Shown: positions 1 to 12,280 of the stretch, piece after piece
Numbering within the stretch: the first letter of the stretch is position 1
Layout of the letters: each line of letters starts with the position of its first letter
Origin: Synechococcus sp. AG-670-A05
GTDB lineage: Bacteria > Cyanobacteriota > Cyanobacteriia > PCC-6307 > Cyanobiaceae
Length of the DNA: 64,000 nt
Assembly (NCBI GenBank): GCA_003211535.1
Contig: QCSJ01000001.1
Span: forward strand, 8,253-72,252
Direction: 5' to 3'
Notes under the pieces: generated by a model
Databases searched by the model: none
What the model was told of the DNA's origin: nothing
The model's input: only the letters and a program-made list of their open reading frames with translations
Position numbers and translations under genes: made by a program

Positions 1-122
1 GCGAAAACCGCCGGGTTCGCAACACCCTGCTGTGCCGCCAGCTCGGCTACTCACTCCTCCACCCGGATTTCAAAGCCGGGTTGCAGGACTGTTTTCGTCA
101 GGAGACTCAATCCCCATACTGA
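1..122 (+). CDS. 3' end of an NAD-dependent epimerase/SDR-family protein (partial, runs off the window start)
   Basis: Manual translation from nt 3 gives ENRRVRNTLLCRQLGYSLLHPDFKAGLQDCFRQETQSPY*, resembling the C-terminus of YeeZ-like epimerases found next to pdxA in picocyanobacteria. Confidence 0.7.
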   Translation, partial: ENRRVRNTLLCRQLGYSLLHPDFKAGLQDCFRQETQSPY

Positions 123-298
123 TCGCCGATGAACAACCGATTGAAGTCCAGGGGTTCTGAATCATCTGGAGCCGGAAGACCCAAGTGGTCTGTCAGCTTG
201 ACCCAGTCCACGATCAACCACTGCCGATGCAATCCGGTAGCAAGGCCAACCAGCATCTAGCCCAGGAGCAACAGCATCAGCACAAACTATGCCTTCAC
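107..298 (-). pseudogene. Probable pseudogene of a small membrane protein (~63 codons)
   Basis: One frame from GTG 298: VKA*FVLMLLLLG*MLVGLATGLHRQWLIVDWVKLTDHLGLPAPDDSEPLDFNRLFIGDQYGD*. Two in-frame TAG (289-287, 259-257) lie in a hydrophobic N-terminal segment. Confidence 0.5.
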
Positions 299-1338
299 CG
301 TTGGAGAACAACGCTAGCCAACAGCTCCTGATCGCCCTGGGTGATCCCGCTGGTATCGGCATGGAGGTGACACTCAAAGCGCTGGCCAGCAGCAAGCTTC
401 CAGCGTCGCTCCAGCCGATTCTGGTCGGCTGCCGTCGCAGCCTGATCACCACCCATGCCCGCCTAATACAGCAGGGCCACTCAACTGTCGCCGATCCCAG
501 TCGCCTTATCGTTGACGATCAGCCGCTAGAGATGACTGTTCAACCCGGAAAGCCGACAACGGCCGGAGCTGCCGCGGGGTTTCGCTGGCTGACCCGCGCC
601 GTTGAGCGTGTGCAGCAAGGGCAGGGCCGCGCCCTAGTCACTGCACCAATAGCCAAGTACCTCTGGCATGCAGCCGGCCATCACTACCCCGGTCAGACTG
701 AACGGCTGGCTGAACTGGCCGGTTCTCCGCGATGCTCAATGCTGTTCACGGCCATCGCACCCCATGGAACCTGGCGGCTGAACACACTGCTAGCCACGAC
801 GCACCTTCCCTTCAGCCAGATCGCCGCAACGCTGACACCGGACCTGGTGGAACACAAGCTGAACGTGCTGCTGGACTTCTGCAAGCGGTTCCGTCCCGAC
901 CCCCATCTGGTGGTGGCAGGGCTGAACCCCCATGCCGGCGAAGCGGGTCGGCTGGGCGATGAAGAATCAACTTGGCTGACACCATTGCTGGAACGCTGGC
1001 GCCAGCAACACCCATCCGTGCAACTGGATGGCCCCGTCCCTCCCGACACCTGTTGGCTGAACGCTGCGCGGGCCTGGAACCAGCCGCACTGCTCCGGCCC
1101 AGATGGCTATCTAGCTCTGTACCACGATCAGGGGCTGATCCCGGTGAAGCTGCTGGCGTTTGACGCCGCCGTGAACACCACCCTAGAGCTGCCGTTCCTA
1201 CGCACCTCACCGGATCACGGCACCGGATTTGACATCGCGGGCCGGGGAATCGCCCGCTCGGACAGCATGGTTGCTGCCCTGCAGGCGGCCTGGCATCTCA
1301 CAGGGGCTCAGGCCGGCCGAACGCGCATCAGCACCTGA
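289..1338 (+). CDS. pdxA: 4-hydroxythreonine-4-phosphate dehydrogenase
   Basis: GDPAGIG, GLNPHAGE, YHDQGLIP and RTSPDHGT motifs. Confidence 0.96.
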   Translation: MPSPLENNASQQLLIALGDPAGIGMEVTLKALASSKLPASLQPILVGCRRSLITTHARLIQQGHSTVADPSRLIVDDQPLEMTVQPGKPTTAGAAAGFRWLTRAVERVQQGQGRALVTAPIAKYLWHAAGHHYPGQTERLAELAGSPRCSMLFTAIAPHGTWRLNTLLATTHLPFSQIAATLTPDLVEHKLNVLLDFCKRFRPDPHLVVAGLNPHAGEAGRLGDEESTWLTPLLERWRQQHPSVQLDGPVPPDTCWLNAARAWNQPHCSGPDGYLALYHDQGLIPVKLLAFDAAVNTTLELPFLRTSPDHGTGFDIAGRGIARSDSMVAALQAAWHLTGAQAGRTRIST

Positions 1339-1781
1339 CCAAATTCCACGGGAGTGCCATTGTCCACCAAGATCTCCACAACGTCTCCGCTGACTTCGGC
1401 TTCTAGCTCGTTCATCAACTTCATCGCCTCAAGGATGCACACCGTCTGGCCAACATCTATGCGATTACCAACTTCGATGAAGGGTGCCTCTCCCGGTGCA
1501 GGAGCACGGTAAAACGTCCCCACCATCGGAGCAGTGATCTCCAGCAGATCACTGCGGGTTGCTGTGGCGGCAGGTGGTGGGGAGGCTGGCGTGGCAGCGG
1601 CCGGCGCTGCCGCGACAGCAGCGGGTGACGGCATCACTGGGGCCATGACCGCCTGTCCAGGCAGGTTGCGGCGGATCTCCAGACGGAAGTCATCCCCCTC
1701 CAGCCGAAATTCCTGGATGTCGCTCTCGCCCAGAACCTCGAGCAGGCGGTGCAGTTGTTCGTGATCCAGCTGCATAGTCAT
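1308..1781 (-). CDS. accB: Acetyl-CoA carboxylase biotin carboxyl carrier protein
   Basis: EAMKLMNE biotinylation motif; Ala/Pro-rich linker; APMVGTFY. Confidence 0.97.
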   Translation of the reverse strand: MTMQLDHEQLHRLLEVLGESDIQEFRLEGDDFRLEIRRNLPGQAVMAPVMPSPAAVAAAPAAATPASPPPAATATRSDLLEITAPMVGTFYRAPAPGEAPFIEVGNRIDVGQTVCILEAMKLMNELEAEVSGDVVEILVDNGTPVEFGQVLMRVRPA

Positions 1782-2341
1782 CCGTTCTCACGACCCAGGT
1801 AGCTGTCGCTGCGAGTGTCCACTTTGATCTTCTCGCCGACGGAGAGGAACAGAGGCACCATCACCTGAGCACCGGTTTCGAGGATGGCGGGCTTGGTTCC
1901 ACCGGTGGCGGTGTCGCCTTTGACGCCAGGATCGGTTTCGGTGATCTCCAGCACCACGGAATTGGGCAGTTCCACTTCAAGAGGACTGCCGTTCCAAGAC
2001 ACCACGTTCACCTCCATCCCCTCTTTCAGATATTTGCGGCTCAACCCGATCTGATCGGCCGTGAGACGGGTCTCCTCATAGGACGACATGTCCATGAAGA
2101 CGTAGTCCTCTCCCTCCATATAGGTGTGCTGGAGCGACGATTTCTCAAGCAAGGCCTGGGGAAGCATTTCACCGGCGCGGAAGGTCTTCTCCACCACGTT
2201 GCCGGTCTTCACCGCTTTGAGCTTAGAGCGCACGAAGGCAGATCCCTTACCCGGCTTGACATGAAGGAACTCCACCACACGCCAGACGGCACCATCGATC
2301 TCAATCGTGGTGCCGGTTCGGAAGTCGTTGCTGGAGATCAT
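1778..2341 (-). CDS. efp: Translation elongation factor P
   Basis: [10 protein letters not shown] start at ATG 2341; [12 protein letters not shown] and PGVKGDTA motifs; ATGA overlap with accB. Confidence 0.97.
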   Translation of the reverse strand: MISSNDFRTGTTIEIDGAVWRVVEFLHVKPGKGSAFVRSKLKAVKTGNVVEKTFRAGEMLPQALLEKSSLQHTYMEGEDYVFMDMSSYEETRLTADQIGLSRKYLKEGMEVNVVSWNGSPLEVELPNSVVLEITETDPGVKGDTATGGTKPAILETGAQVMVPLFLSVGEKIKVDTRSDSYLGRENG

Positions 2342-2373
2342 TCCGGCCGAACGGTTCAACGGACTATACGGCT

Positions 2374-3483
2374 GTGCCAAAGTCCCGTCAGCACTGGGGT
2401 TCACCCTTGGCCCATCCGCGTTTCAAGGCCGTTCTGGTCGCCTTGCTCGGCTTCGCCCTGATCAACCTGGCAGCCCCAGCTTGGGCCGCACTGCCCCAGG
2501 GCAACGCGGTGAAGGATCCGGCGGCGATCCTGCGGGATTCCCTGCCCTTCCAGCAGGAGGACATCCGCGAACTGCAACATCGGCTGGAACTCACCAGCGA
2601 CGATCTGCGGGCCAAGCGCTGGGGTGCCCTTGGAAAAACCGTGTCCCGCAGTGAAGCGCTGCTCAGCACCAGGCGGAATTCAATCCTCGAGGCGGTTCCC
2701 GCGTCACGGCGCGATCGTGCCGAGGCTTACCTGAAGCAGGTTGATCAGGACCTGCAGGCAATGCAGATTCAGGTCAACGCCGTTGATAAGCCTGGCTTCA
2801 TCCGCGATCGCCGCCAGACCCTCCGTCACATCGGTGATGTGGAAGCTCTGCTTGTGGAGGACGGCTTCCAGAGAGAGATCCCTTCGGAATTCGATGCCCT
2901 TCCGCGGCTCCAGGGCCGCGCCACCCTCACCATCAGCACTACGCAAGGGGATCTGACCACCGTGGTGGATGGTTACAACGCGCCCCTCACAGCCGGTGCC
3001 TTTGTGGATCTGGCCCAAAGAGGTTTCTACGACGGGCTTCCCTTCATCCGTGCTGAGGACTTCTACGTGCTCCAGAGCGGTGACCCGGAGGGTCCGGAGA
3101 TCGGGTACATCGACCCCAGCACCAAACAGGAACGGCACGTGCCCCTGGAAATCCGTGTTCCCGGGGAAGACGACACGATCTACAACGAAACCTTTGAGGA
3201 TGTCGGTCTATTCAAGGCCACCCCAACCCTTCCCTTCGCCACCCTCGGAACCCTGGGCTGGGCCCATTCGGATAAGGCTCTGGACGATGGCTCCTCCCAG
3301 TTCTTCATGTTTCTCTACGAGGCCGAGCTGACCCCAGCTGGACTCAATCTGGTGGACGGCCGCAACGCAGCCTTCGGCTACGTGGTGGATGGCTTTGACG
3401 TGCTCGAGGAGCTTGGGGTGGATGACTCCATCGTTTCGATCACGGTGACCGACGGTGCCGACAGACTGTTGAGCCACGCATGA
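2374..3483 (+). CDS. Cyclophilin-type peptidyl-prolyl cis-trans isomerase (TLP40/CYP38-like, exported)
   Basis: Signal peptide ending AWA; helical N-domain; [18 protein letters not shown] and SSQFF cyclophilin motifs; true start may be TTG 2407. Confidence 0.88.
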   Translation: MPKSRQHWGSPLAHPRFKAVLVALLGFALINLAAPAWAALPQGNAVKDPAAILRDSLPFQQEDIRELQHRLELTSDDLRAKRWGALGKTVSRSEALLSTRRNSILEAVPASRRDRAEAYLKQVDQDLQAMQIQVNAVDKPGFIRDRRQTLRHIGDVEALLVEDGFQREIPSEFDALPRLQGRATLTISTTQGDLTTVVDGYNAPLTAGAFVDLAQRGFYDGLPFIRAEDFYVLQSGDPEGPEIGYIDPSTKQERHVPLEIRVPGEDDTIYNETFEDVGLFKATPTLPFATLGTLGWAHSDKALDDGSSQFFMFLYEAELTPAGLNLVDGRNAAFGYVVDGFDVLEELGVDDSIVSITVTDGADRLLSHA

Positions 3484-4466
3484 CTCCCACCCTGGCGGAA
3501 CTGGGGGAAGAGGAGCTGCTAAAGCGCCTGGCCCGGTTTGCTCCGCCGGGACAACTCGATGACGACACCGCCTGCCTTGGATCAGATGCCCGACCGCTGC
3601 TGGTGAACACCGATGTACTGGTGGACGGCATCCATTTCAGCGATACCACCACCGCAGCCGTGGATGTGGGCTGGCGCGCCGTCGCCGCCAACCTGTCCGA
3701 TCTGGCCGCCAGCGGTGCAGTGAGCATCGACGGCATCACTGTGGCCCTGGTAGCACCCGGCACCACTCCCTGGAGCTGGGTGGAGGGGGTGTACGACGGC
3801 ATCAATGCTGCCCTTGAAAAACATGGCGGGACGCTGCTGGGGGGGGACTGCTCCTCCGGGTCAAGCCGCCTGCTGTCGGTCACTGCCCTGGGACGTCTCG
3901 GACCCCTGCGGCTGCTGCGCAATGCCGCCCAACCTGGCGACGTGCTAATCAGCAGCGGGCCCCATGGCCTTAGCCGCCTCGGTCTGGCGTTGCTCCAGAA
4001 GGAGCCTCTAGTGCAAACCAACAGCCTCAGTGCAGAACTGCAAGACCAGGCGATCAGCCAGCACCAACGTCCCCGACCGCGCCTGGATGCCCTCAACGGC
4101 CTGCTGGCCTGCAAACCCGCTGAACTGTCGTGGCGGGCCGGCGGCACCGACAGCAGCGATGGACTTCTTGCGGCTGTTCAGGGGCTCTGCAGCAGCAGCG
4201 GCACCGGGGCGCAACTGGACCGCAGCCACTTACCCAGGCCTCAGGAATGGCCTCACGGAGACCTCTGGGACCGCTGGTGCCTGGCAGGGGGAGAAGACTT
4301 CGAGCTGGTGTTCAGCATCCCCCCGGCCTGGGCCGATGCCCTGGAAACGACCTTGGCCGGCTGTCGACGCTTCGGCCAAATCACTGACAAGACAGGTTCG
4401 ATTGTCTGGAGTGACGACAAAAAACCTGTCTTGGACGGGGGCTTTGATCATTTCGCGTCGTCCTGA
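3480..4466 (+). CDS. thiL: Thiamine-monophosphate kinase
   Basis: DDTA, NLSDLAASG, GGD, DSSDGL and GGEDFEL motifs. Confidence 0.95.
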   Translation: MTPTLAELGEEELLKRLARFAPPGQLDDDTACLGSDARPLLVNTDVLVDGIHFSDTTTAAVDVGWRAVAANLSDLAASGAVSIDGITVALVAPGTTPWSWVEGVYDGINAALEKHGGTLLGGDCSSGSSRLLSVTALGRLGPLRLLRNAAQPGDVLISSGPHGLSRLGLALLQKEPLVQTNSLSAELQDQAISQHQRPRPRLDALNGLLACKPAELSWRAGGTDSSDGLLAAVQGLCSSSGTGAQLDRSHLPRPQEWPHGDLWDRWCLAGGEDFELVFSIPPAWADALETTLAGCRRFGQITDKTGSIVWSDDKKPVLDGGFDHFASS

Positions 4467-4476
4467 CTGACGACCC

Positions 4477-4503
4477 AAAGAAATCCCTCCCCGAGGGAAG
4501 GGA
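4477..4503 (-). terminator. Rho-independent terminator downstream of gap2
   Basis: Minus strand TCCCTTCC-CTCG-GGGAGGGA stem-loop (one G-U pair) followed by TTTCTTT, ~20 nt after the gap2 stop. Confidence 0.7.
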
Positions 4504-4524
4504 CGATCCATCAATGGAACCGGA

Positions 4525-5550
4525 TCACTTCCAGTTGCGGGCCACCACTTCTGCCAGATCGACGACGCGCTGGCTGTAACCCCACTCGTTGTCGTACCAG
4601 GCCAGGATCTTCACAGCCTTCTCACCCATGGCGTAGGTGAGGTCGGCATCAAAAATGGTGGATTCGTTGGTGCCGGCGTAATCGGTGGAGACAAGGGGCA
4701 GGTCGCTGTACTTGATGATGCCCTTCATGCCGTTCTCCGAGGCAGCCTTGATAACTGCCTTCACCTCATCGACGCTGGTGGCGCGGGAGGGGCCGAAGGT
4801 CAGGTCAACAGCGGACACGTTCGGGGTTGGAACGCGCATGGCGAAACCGGTGAGCTTGCCCTTCACCTCGGGGTAGACCAGAGCCACGGCCTTAGCGGCA
4901 CCTGTGGTAGTAGGAACCATGTTCAAAGCAGCAGCACGAGCGCGGCGCAAGTCTCGGTGGCTGTTGTCAAGGATTCGCTGGTCACCGGTGTAGCTGTGGA
5001 TGGTGGTCATAAGACCCCAGTCGAGACCGAAGTTCTGGTCCAACACCTTGACGATGGGGGCCAGGCAGTTGGTGGTGCAGCTGGCGTTGGAAAGGATGTT
5101 CCAATCCTCATGGCGGTACTGATCTTCGTTGACGCCGACCACAAAGGTGCCAACGCCATCACCCTTGCCAGGGGCGGTGAGAATCACTTTGCTGGCACCA
5201 GCCTCGATATGCAAGCTAGCTTTCTCATCGGTGTTGAACACTCCGGTGGACTCGATCACCAGGTCGACTCCCCAGTCTTTCCAGGGGCAGTTAAGAGGAT
5301 TGCGGTCAGCAAAGAATTTGATCTCCTTGCCGTTAACCACCATGGTTTCGTCGGTGGTTTCGATCTTGACGCTGGGATCAAGCTTGCCCAAAATCGAGTC
5401 GTAGGTCAGTAGGTGAGCACTGGTCTTGGGATCGGAGGTGGAGTTCATCCCGACGATCTCCAGGCCCGTATCAGCACCACGGCTGATCCAACCCCGCATC
5501 ACATTGCGACCAATTCGGCCGAATCCATTGATCGCAACGCGCAAGGTCAT
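4525..5550 (-). CDS. gap2: Glyceraldehyde-3-phosphate dehydrogenase, NAD(P)-dependent (Calvin-cycle type)
   Basis: [36 protein letters not shown] and WYDNEWGYS motifs. Confidence 0.96.
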   Translation of the reverse strand: MTLRVAINGFGRIGRNVMRGWISRGADTGLEIVGMNSTSDPKTSAHLLTYDSILGKLDPSVKIETTDETMVVNGKEIKFFADRNPLNCPWKDWGVDLVIESTGVFNTDEKASLHIEAGASKVILTAPGKGDGVGTFVVGVNEDQYRHEDWNILSNASCTTNCLAPIVKVLDQNFGLDWGLMTTIHSYTGDQRILDNSHRDLRRARAAALNMVPTTTGAAKAVALVYPEVKGKLTGFAMRVPTPNVSAVDLTFGPSRATSVDEVKAVIKAASENGMKGIIKYSDLPLVSTDYAGTNESTIFDADLTYAMGEKAVKILAWYDNEWGYSQRVVDLAEVVARNWK

Positions 5551-5721
5551 AGCAGGAGCGGGGTTGCCGCGTAAGGGTTTTGGCCGCCGATCATACAGAA
5601 ATGGGCCAAAAATCTAAGTTTTCCAACGGCAGCCGAACCACAAACCCGATTCGATCCTTCTCAATCCAGAGGGGACGGAAGAGTTGAACTGACTTATCTT
5701 TCATTCCTCTGATCCCGATCC

Positions 5722-7125
5722 TTGTCCCGTCCGTTCGAAGGCCAGCACCCAGTGCACTTCATTGGCGTCGGTGGGATCGGAATGTCAGCCTTGGCCAGGA
5801 TTCTGGTGGATCGTGGGCATCCAGTGAGCGGATCCGATCCACGAGATACACCAACCTCGCGGAAGCTTACGCAGCTCGGCGTCAGGGTCTTTCAGCAGCA
5901 GACCGCAGCCACGATCGAAACACTTCTGAACGACGGCCAGAGGCCAATTGTAGTGATCTCAACGGCGATTCCAGCCAGCAATCCCGAACTGAACCATGCC
6001 CGTGAGGCCGAACTTGATATTTGGCATCGCTCTGACCTGCTGGCTGCCCTGATCGATCAGCAACCGTCGATCGCGGTAGCCGGCAGCCATGGGAAAACCA
6101 CCACCAGCACCCTGATCACCACCCTGCTGATGGAGGTCGGCGAAGATCCCACCGCCATCATCGGCGGCATCGTTCCATGCCTTGGGAGCAATGGTCATGC
6201 AGGCCATGGCCGATTGCTGGTGGCCGAAGCCGATGAATCGGACGGGTCGTTGGTGAAATTCCGAGCCCGCCTCGGTCTAATCACCAACCTTGAACTCGAT
6301 CACACCGATCACTACAACGGCCTCAAAGACCTGATCAGCACGATGCGTCGCTTTGCCAACGGCTGCGACCGGGTCCTGGCCAACAGGGATTGCCCAATCC
6401 TTCAGGAGCAACTTCAAGCGGATACCTGGTGGTCCGTCACGGAAGCCAACGGCGTCGACTACGCCGCTCTACCACTGCAACTCGATGGCGATCGCTGCCA
6501 CGCCCGTTTCTTCGAACGAGGCGAACCTGTCGGGGACTTCGTTCTGCCCCTGCCCGGATTGCACAACCTCAGCAACGCGACCGGCGCCCTGGCGGCATGC
6601 CGGATGGAGGGAATTCCCTTCAAGAGGCTGGTGAGCGGACTCACGGCTTTGAAACCCCCCGGCCGCCGGTTTGATTGGCGGGGCACCTGGGAAGGGCGCC
6701 ACATCGTCGACGACTACGCCCACCATCCCAGTGAAGTGAAAGCCACCCTGGCCATGGCCCAACTGATGGTGAGCAGTGGTTGCAGCCCATTGCCAACCCC
6801 ACCCCAACGGTTGTTGGCCGTGTTTCAGCCCCATCGCTACAGCCGCACCCAGGAATTCCTCGAGTCCTTTGCGAGTGCACTGCAAAACTGTGATTCCCTG
6901 CTGCTGGCTCCGGTCTATGGCGCCGGCGAAGAACCGTTGAACGGGGCCTGCAGTCAGACCCTGGCCGACCGGATCCATTTACTCAAGCCGGATCTAGAGG
7001 TCGCCGTAGCTGACAACCTCGACCACCTCACCGACCTGGTCAGAAACCGCAGCCGGCGTGAAGATCTGGTGCTGGCTATGGGCGCTGGGGATGTCAACGG
7101 TCTATGGCCACGGCTGTCGGCCTAA
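5722..7125 (+). CDS. murC: UDP-N-acetylmuramate--L-alanine ligase
   Basis: [29 protein letters not shown] and FQPHRYSR motifs. Confidence 0.96.
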   Translation: MSRPFEGQHPVHFIGVGGIGMSALARILVDRGHPVSGSDPRDTPTSRKLTQLGVRVFQQQTAATIETLLNDGQRPIVVISTAIPASNPELNHAREAELDIWHRSDLLAALIDQQPSIAVAGSHGKTTTSTLITTLLMEVGEDPTAIIGGIVPCLGSNGHAGHGRLLVAEADESDGSLVKFRARLGLITNLELDHTDHYNGLKDLISTMRRFANGCDRVLANRDCPILQEQLQADTWWSVTEANGVDYAALPLQLDGDRCHARFFERGEPVGDFVLPLPGLHNLSNATGALAACRMEGIPFKRLVSGLTALKPPGRRFDWRGTWEGRHIVDDYAHHPSEVKATLAMAQLMVSSGCSPLPTPPQRLLAVFQPHRYSRTQEFLESFASALQNCDSLLLAPVYGAGEEPLNGACSQTLADRIHLLKPDLEVAVADNLDHLTDLVRNRSRREDLVLAMGAGDVNGLWPRLSA

Positions 7126-8003
7126 TGCGTTCCAACGTCCCCCTGGAGGACTTCACCACCTGGCGGGTGGGCGGACCAGCCCAGTGGTTGTTGGAGCCAA
7201 CGTCGGTGAACGAGACCCTTGAAGCACTGCAGTGGGCCCAGCAGGAGCACCTCCCTTGCCGTGTGATCGGCGCCGGCTCCAACCTGCTGATTCATGACGA
7301 TGGACTGCCCGGGCTCACCCTCGGCCTGCGCAAACTGCAGGGGGCAACGATCGACGCCGACAGCGGCGTGGTGGAAGCCCTTGCAGGGGAACCACTCCCT
7401 ACCCTGGCGCGTCGTGCCGCCCGAGCAGGACTGAATGGACTGGCCTGGTCCGTTGGAATTCCAGGCACCGTCGGCGGGGCCGCCGTGATGAATGCGGGGG
7501 CACAGGGTGGCTGCACGGCGGAGTGGCTGGAGTCGGTGCGTGTGACCCCCCTTCAAGGGGGCGAAAGCTTCGAACTCAGCAGCGAGCAACTGGCATTTGG
7601 TTACCGCCACAGCCTTCTGCAGGAGGACGAGCTTGTGGTGCTGTCCGCCCGATTCCGCCTTGACCCGGGCTATGACCCTGCGGAGATTATCCGCATTACC
7701 AGCGGCAACCTCAGCCATCGCACCAGCACCCAGCCATATACACAACCCAGCTGTGGCAGCGTGTTTCGCAATCCGGAACCCCTTAAAGCAGGCCGGCTAA
7801 TCGAAGACCTCGGCCTCAAAGGCAGTCGCATCGGCGGTGCGGAAGTCTCCACCCTGCACGCCAACTTCATCGTCAATACCGGTGCTGCCACAGCAGCCAA
7901 CATCGATGAACTGATTCAACGCGTCCAGCAACAGGTGGAAGCCGCCCATGCCGTGCGACTCCATCCGGAAGTGAAACGCCTCGGATTCACCGAAGCCGCT
8001 TAA
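7104..8003 (+). CDS. murB: UDP-N-acetylenolpyruvoylglucosamine reductase
   Basis: [27 protein letters not shown] and HANFIVN motifs; alternative start ATG 7125 (TAATG overlap with murC). Confidence 0.96.
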   Translation: MATAVGLMRSNVPLEDFTTWRVGGPAQWLLEPTSVNETLEALQWAQQEHLPCRVIGAGSNLLIHDDGLPGLTLGLRKLQGATIDADSGVVEALAGEPLPTLARRAARAGLNGLAWSVGIPGTVGGAAVMNAGAQGGCTAEWLESVRVTPLQGGESFELSSEQLAFGYRHSLLQEDELVVLSARFRLDPGYDPAEIIRITSGNLSHRTSTQPYTQPSCGSVFRNPEPLKAGRLIEDLGLKGSRIGGAEVSTLHANFIVNTGAATAANIDELIQRVQQQVEAAHAVRLHPEVKRLGFTEAA

Positions 8004-8027
8004 CCTGCCGGCTCCGTCGACAGCGCA

Positions 8028-8369
8028 ATGGCAGGGTTCGGACTACCCAATTTCGGCCAACTCACTGAAGCCTTCAAGAAGGCTCAGGAAATCCAGCAGA
8101 ACGCCCAGGCCCTGCAGGATGAGCTGGACGGCATGGAAATCGAGGGCAAAAGCGTTGACGGGCGAGCCAGCGTCTGGCTGTCCGGCAATCAGCAACCGCT
8201 GCGCGTACGGTTGGATCCGGAGTTGCTGAGCTCGGATCAGGAGACCTGTGAAGCCGCCACGCTGGAAGCCCTTCGGGCGGCCTATGAGCAATCCACCGCC
8301 ACGATGAAGGGTCGGATGGAGGAGCTCACCGGTGGGCTGAATCTCAACCTGCCCGGGATGGGCGGCTGA
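8028..8369 (+). CDS. YbaB/EbfC family nucleoid-associated protein
   Basis: KKAQEIQ...LQDELD.MEIEG pattern; [11 protein letters not shown]-terminus. Confidence 0.9.
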   Translation: MAGFGLPNFGQLTEAFKKAQEIQQNAQALQDELDGMEIEGKSVDGRASVWLSGNQQPLRVRLDPELLSSDQETCEAATLEALRAAYEQSTATMKGRMEELTGGLNLNLPGMGG

Positions 8370-9243
8370 GGTCGGCACATTCCATCAGGGCGTCCTGATA
8401 CAACGCAAAGCGCTCCCAATCCCTATTGATCCCGCAGCCAGGCTCCTGAAGATGCAGGCAGTCGCGGAATCGACAGGGCCAGGGATCCAACTGGGTTCTC
8501 AGTTCAGGAAAAAGCAATCCCAGTTCCGAGAGATCAGCAGGCAGCTCAGGTCGGTTGAATCCAGGGGTATCGGCTACCCGAGCACCAGGAGCAATCGAGA
8601 ACAGTTCCACATGGCGGGTGGTGTGGCGGCCGCGCTGAAGACGCCCCGACACGGCACCGACCCTTAGCGCCAAGTGGGGCATCAGACGGTTAAGCACACT
8701 GCTCTTTCCCACCCCTGAAGGACCACAGACCACGGCCAATTCCGTGGTCTGCAGAAGCTGGCGCAGGGCCTCAATGCCTTCTCCGGTTTGGCTGGAGATC
8801 ACCAAGGCTTCATACCCCCAGCCCTGCAGTCGCTGAACCAGTGCTGAGCGCTGCTCCTCCCCCAGCAGATCACCCTTTGTCAGCAACAATTGAACAGGTG
8901 ATCCCGTGCGTTCAGCGGTCAACAGAAAGCGGCTGGCCTGATCCGGATCAAATGCCGGCTGGTCGACGGCGAGCGCCACCAATACCAACGAGACGTTGGC
9001 CACCTGGGGGCGGGTGAGCCAGCTGCTGCGGGGCGCAACCCCTGACACCACGGCACGGGCTTGAACTGGATCAATGGCCTCGACATGCACACGATCGCCG
9101 ACATGAACCGCCTTTCCCCGGTGGCTGAGGCGTGTTCGACGGGTGCAGAGCAAGCGCGAGGGACCCTGCTCAGGCGTCTGGTCCAGCTCCACCTCCAAAT
9201 AGTTCGCCTGCAGCGCCACCACGATGCCGGCTGCTTCGGTCAC
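8344..9243 (-). CDS. rsgA: Ribosome small subunit-dependent GTPase A
   Basis: Circularly permuted GTPase motifs [22 protein letters not shown]; [12 protein letters not shown] zinc finger. Confidence 0.95.
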   Translation of the reverse strand: MTEAAGIVVALQANYLEVELDQTPEQGPSRLLCTRRTRLSHRGKAVHVGDRVHVEAIDPVQARAVVSGVAPRSSWLTRPQVANVSLVLVALAVDQPAFDPDQASRFLLTAERTGSPVQLLLTKGDLLGEEQRSALVQRLQGWGYEALVISSQTGEGIEALRQLLQTTELAVVCGPSGVGKSSVLNRLMPHLALRVGAVSGRLQRGRHTTRHVELFSIAPGARVADTPGFNRPELPADLSELGLLFPELRTQLDPWPCRFRDCLHLQEPGCGINRDWERFALYQDALMECADLSRPSRAG

Positions 9244-9249
9244 GACAGC

Positions 9250-9483
9250 TCAACCGGCACAGGTGATCTCCAAAGCAACCCAGGCCGCATGCTCAGAAGT
9301 GACCTCCACCCGGTGACCGGCTTCCTTGAGACCAGGGATCACCATCGCTTCCGGTTCGCCCCGATCCAGCTGCAACTGCAGCTGATCCCCAGCCTGCAGG
9401 GACTCAAGCGCCAGTTTGCAACGGATGAAATTCACCGGGCAGGGGGTGCCGCGCAGGTCCAGGGAGCGGGCCGTCGCCATCAC
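9250..9483 (-). CDS. TusA/SirA-like sulfur carrier protein
   Basis: LDLRGTPCP motif, 77 aa. Confidence 0.88.
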   Translation of the reverse strand: MMATARSLDLRGTPCPVNFIRCKLALESLQAGDQLQLQLDRGEPEAMVIPGLKEAGHRVEVTSEHAAWVALEITCAG

Positions 9484-10613
9484 TTCTGACCGAACAACCG
9501 GGCAAACAGACCACTGTTGTGGTGGTGATGCTGCTTGCCGCGGGCCGAATAATGCCCCACCAACTCTTCTAGCAGGGTGCGTTCTGCATCCAACAGACGC
9601 GTTGGGAGCTGTACCTTCACCTGCACCTTTTGATCACCGCGGGCTACCGGGTTCCCCAGTTTGGGAATGCCTCTGTTTGCCAGGGTCAGGACGGTGCCGG
9701 GCTGCGTGCCCGGTGGAATCTCCAGGGCTGTATCGCCATCAACGGTTTCCACCTCGATAGTGTCCCCGAGGATCGCTTGCAGGTAACTGACGTTGACCGT
9801 GGAGAGGATGGTGAGACCATCCCTGCGCAGGCGGGGGTGTGACTTGATTGTCAGGAAGACGTAAAGATCACCGGAAGGGCCTCCCCGCGGACCGGCATTG
9901 CCCTCACCCGAAACCCGCAGCCGTGTTCCGGTGTCCACCCCAGCCGGAATGTTGATCCGCAGTTTCTTGCGCACCTGATGTACACCCTGGCCGCCGCAGG
10001 CATTGCAAGGATCAGCGATCACCTGACCGGTTCCGCCGCAATTGGGGCATTCCGCCACCTGCGTGAAACTGCCGAAGGGGGTCCGGGTCGCCCGCCGCAC
10101 CTGTCCGGCTCCACCACAGGTACCGCAGGTGGTGGGACCGCTGCCCGGCTTGGCTCCGCTGCCGCCGCACACATCACAGGTTTCGAGATGGGGGATCTTG
10201 ATCTCCTGCTCCTCACCGAAGACCGCCTGCTCAAAATCGATGGTGAGGTCGTAGCGGAGGTCATCTCCCTGCTGGGGTCCGCGACGGCCGGAGCGACCGC
10301 CGGCAGCACCACCAGGTCCTCCGAAGCCCTGGAAGAAAGTCTCAAACAAGTCGGCAAAGCCACCCACGTCCCCCATATCCGGAGCACCGGCCGCACCTCC
10401 CAGGCCGGCTTCTCCGAACTGGTCGTAGCGGGCACGGGTTTGAGGATCACTCAGCACCTCATAGGCCCGACCAATCTCCTTGAAGCGGTCTTCCGCTCCG
10501 GGTTCCTTATTGATGTCCGGATGGAACTTACGCGCCTTGCTGCGGTAAGCCCGCTTCAACGTGTCGGCATCCACATCCCGTCCGACCCCCAGCAGGTCGT
10601 AGAAATCCGCCAT
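9480..10613 (-). CDS. dnaJ: Molecular chaperone DnaJ
   Basis: J-domain with HPD; G/F region; four CxxCxGxG repeats. Confidence 0.97.
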   Translation of the reverse strand: MADFYDLLGVGRDVDADTLKRAYRSKARKFHPDINKEPGAEDRFKEIGRAYEVLSDPQTRARYDQFGEAGLGGAAGAPDMGDVGGFADLFETFFQGFGGPGGAAGGRSGRRGPQQGDDLRYDLTIDFEQAVFGEEQEIKIPHLETCDVCGGSGAKPGSGPTTCGTCGGAGQVRRATRTPFGSFTQVAECPNCGGTGQVIADPCNACGGQGVHQVRKKLRINIPAGVDTGTRLRVSGEGNAGPRGGPSGDLYVFLTIKSHPRLRRDGLTILSTVNVSYLQAILGDTIEVETVDGDTALEIPPGTQPGTVLTLANRGIPKLGNPVARGDQKVQVKVQLPTRLLDAERTLLEELVGHYSARGKQHHHHNSGLFARLFGQK

Positions 10614-11269
10614 CAGGATTCCTCCGCTTCATCAAGGGCAGCAGCGTCAGCCTCCGTCGATGGACCGGGACCCATGGAAACCTTGACCAGCGCATGCCGC
10701 AGCACCTTGCCATTGAGGTGGTACCCGCGCTGGAGCTCTTCGAGCACCACATCTTCCGGCTGCTCTGTGCTCTTTTCGCGAAGCACCGCTTCGTGGAGTG
10801 TCGGATCGAACAACTGACCAACAACCTCCATGCGAGCAACTCCCTGCTGCTTAAGCACATCAACCAGCTGCTTGTAGAGGCCCTGATAGCTGCGATGCAA
10901 TGCCTGAGCCTCTTCACCCTCAGGATTCAGCTGCTGTCGTGCCCGCTCGAAGTTGTCTACCACAGGCAAAATTTCGCTGATGGTAGAGCAGATCAGCTGC
11001 TGACGGATGTCGTCCTGATCCCTGCTCTGACGCTTGCGAAAGTTGTCGAAATCCGCTGCGATGCGCATGTATTGACTCTGCAGCGTTTCGTGCTCCTGCT
11101 TGAGGCTGTGCAATTCCTGCTCCAGCTGCTGCAGACGTTCAGCTGGATCGGTCACCAAAACATCAGAAGGCGTATCAGTGGACACCGCCTCGGGCTCTTC
11201 GGCAGCGGGTGCCGCATCCAACGGCTCAACGCTTGGATCCTGCGCTGGGGTGGAAGCCTCGCCGCTCAT
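10613..11269 (-). CDS. grpE: Nucleotide exchange factor GrpE
   Basis: [30 protein letters not shown] and [15 protein letters not shown] motifs. Confidence 0.96.
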   Translation of the reverse strand: MSGEASTPAQDPSVEPLDAAPAAEEPEAVSTDTPSDVLVTDPAERLQQLEQELHSLKQEHETLQSQYMRIAADFDNFRKRQSRDQDDIRQQLICSTISEILPVVDNFERARQQLNPEGEEAQALHRSYQGLYKQLVDVLKQQGVARMEVVGQLFDPTLHEAVLREKSTEQPEDVVLEELQRGYHLNGKVLRHALVKVSMGPGPSTEADAAALDEAEES

Positions 11270-11368
11270 GCTGACCGCTGGGAAATTGCTGCTTAGTCAT
11301 GTTGAAGGGCGACGCGCACCTCACACAAGCTGCGGAAGCCCGCACCTCGATCGGACGTTGACCCAGCG

Positions 11369-12280
11369 GTTACCCCGGGCCGGCCCATTCCTGCCAGAAC
11401 GATGCCGTCCAGCAGCGGCTGGAACTTGAGCTTCTGCTCAAACAGCCGGTGCCGGATCCCGAAAAGCTAAAGCGATCCCTGCCGCTGCTCAACGCCCTGT
11501 ATGAGATCAGCCCTGACCTGCTGGCCCTGCCGATCGCGGTTGATGAGCAGCAATTTGACATCGCGATCCACAGTCAATGGGGTGAAATGCAACGGGAGAC
11601 CCTGATCGATCAACTGCCGCCGAACGGCCAAACGATCTGTCTGCATCCAACAATCCATGACGATTTGATCCATGCCTTAGCGCCTGAACCATCGGAACAA
11701 CAAAAACCGCCCGCACCCGACCAAGAGCAAGCTCTAGACAGACGACCACGCTTCCCTCGAAGAAGAAGCCTCATCATTCCCAACGCCGACCGGGGTGCTG
11801 GAGACCGCGGAAAACGAGGAAGCAGCCCTCTCCGCCAATGCTGTTGATCTGGAATCCAGCCTTCGGGACGCTGAAGCGTCACCGGTGGTGGACCTGGTGG
11901 ATCGCATCCTGCTGCAGGCTATGTCTTTGAGAGCCTCAGTCATCCATGTGGAACCGCAGCAGAAGGGTCTTCGACTGCGCTACCGCCAGGACTGCGTGCT
12001 CCAGCAAAACTAGGAGCCGCTCCCCAGTCGGCTTATCCCAGAGGTGACCTCCCGCTTCAAGATCCTGGCGAACCTTGAGATCGCCGAGCGACGCCAGGCT
12101 CAAGATGGCAGGAACCGCCGCCGCTACAGGGACCGGGTGGTCGATTTCAAGGTCAACACCCTGCCGAGCCACTTCGGCGAAAAGGTGTGTCTGCGGCTGC
12201 TGGACAGCAGCGCCACACAACTTGGCCTGGACAAGCTGATCTTCAATCCAACCACCCTCTAACTGGTCCGGGATCTGGGG
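11369..12280 (+). pseudogene. pilB: Type IV pilus assembly ATPase PilB, degraded N-terminal half
   Basis: Fragments SPVVDLVDRILLQA..ASVIHVEP, SRFKILANLEIAERRQAQDGR and TLPSHFGEKVCLRLLD. Frameshifts near 11397 and 11740; in-frame stops TAG 12011 and TAA 12260; ends before Walker A. Start approximate. Confidence 0.9.
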
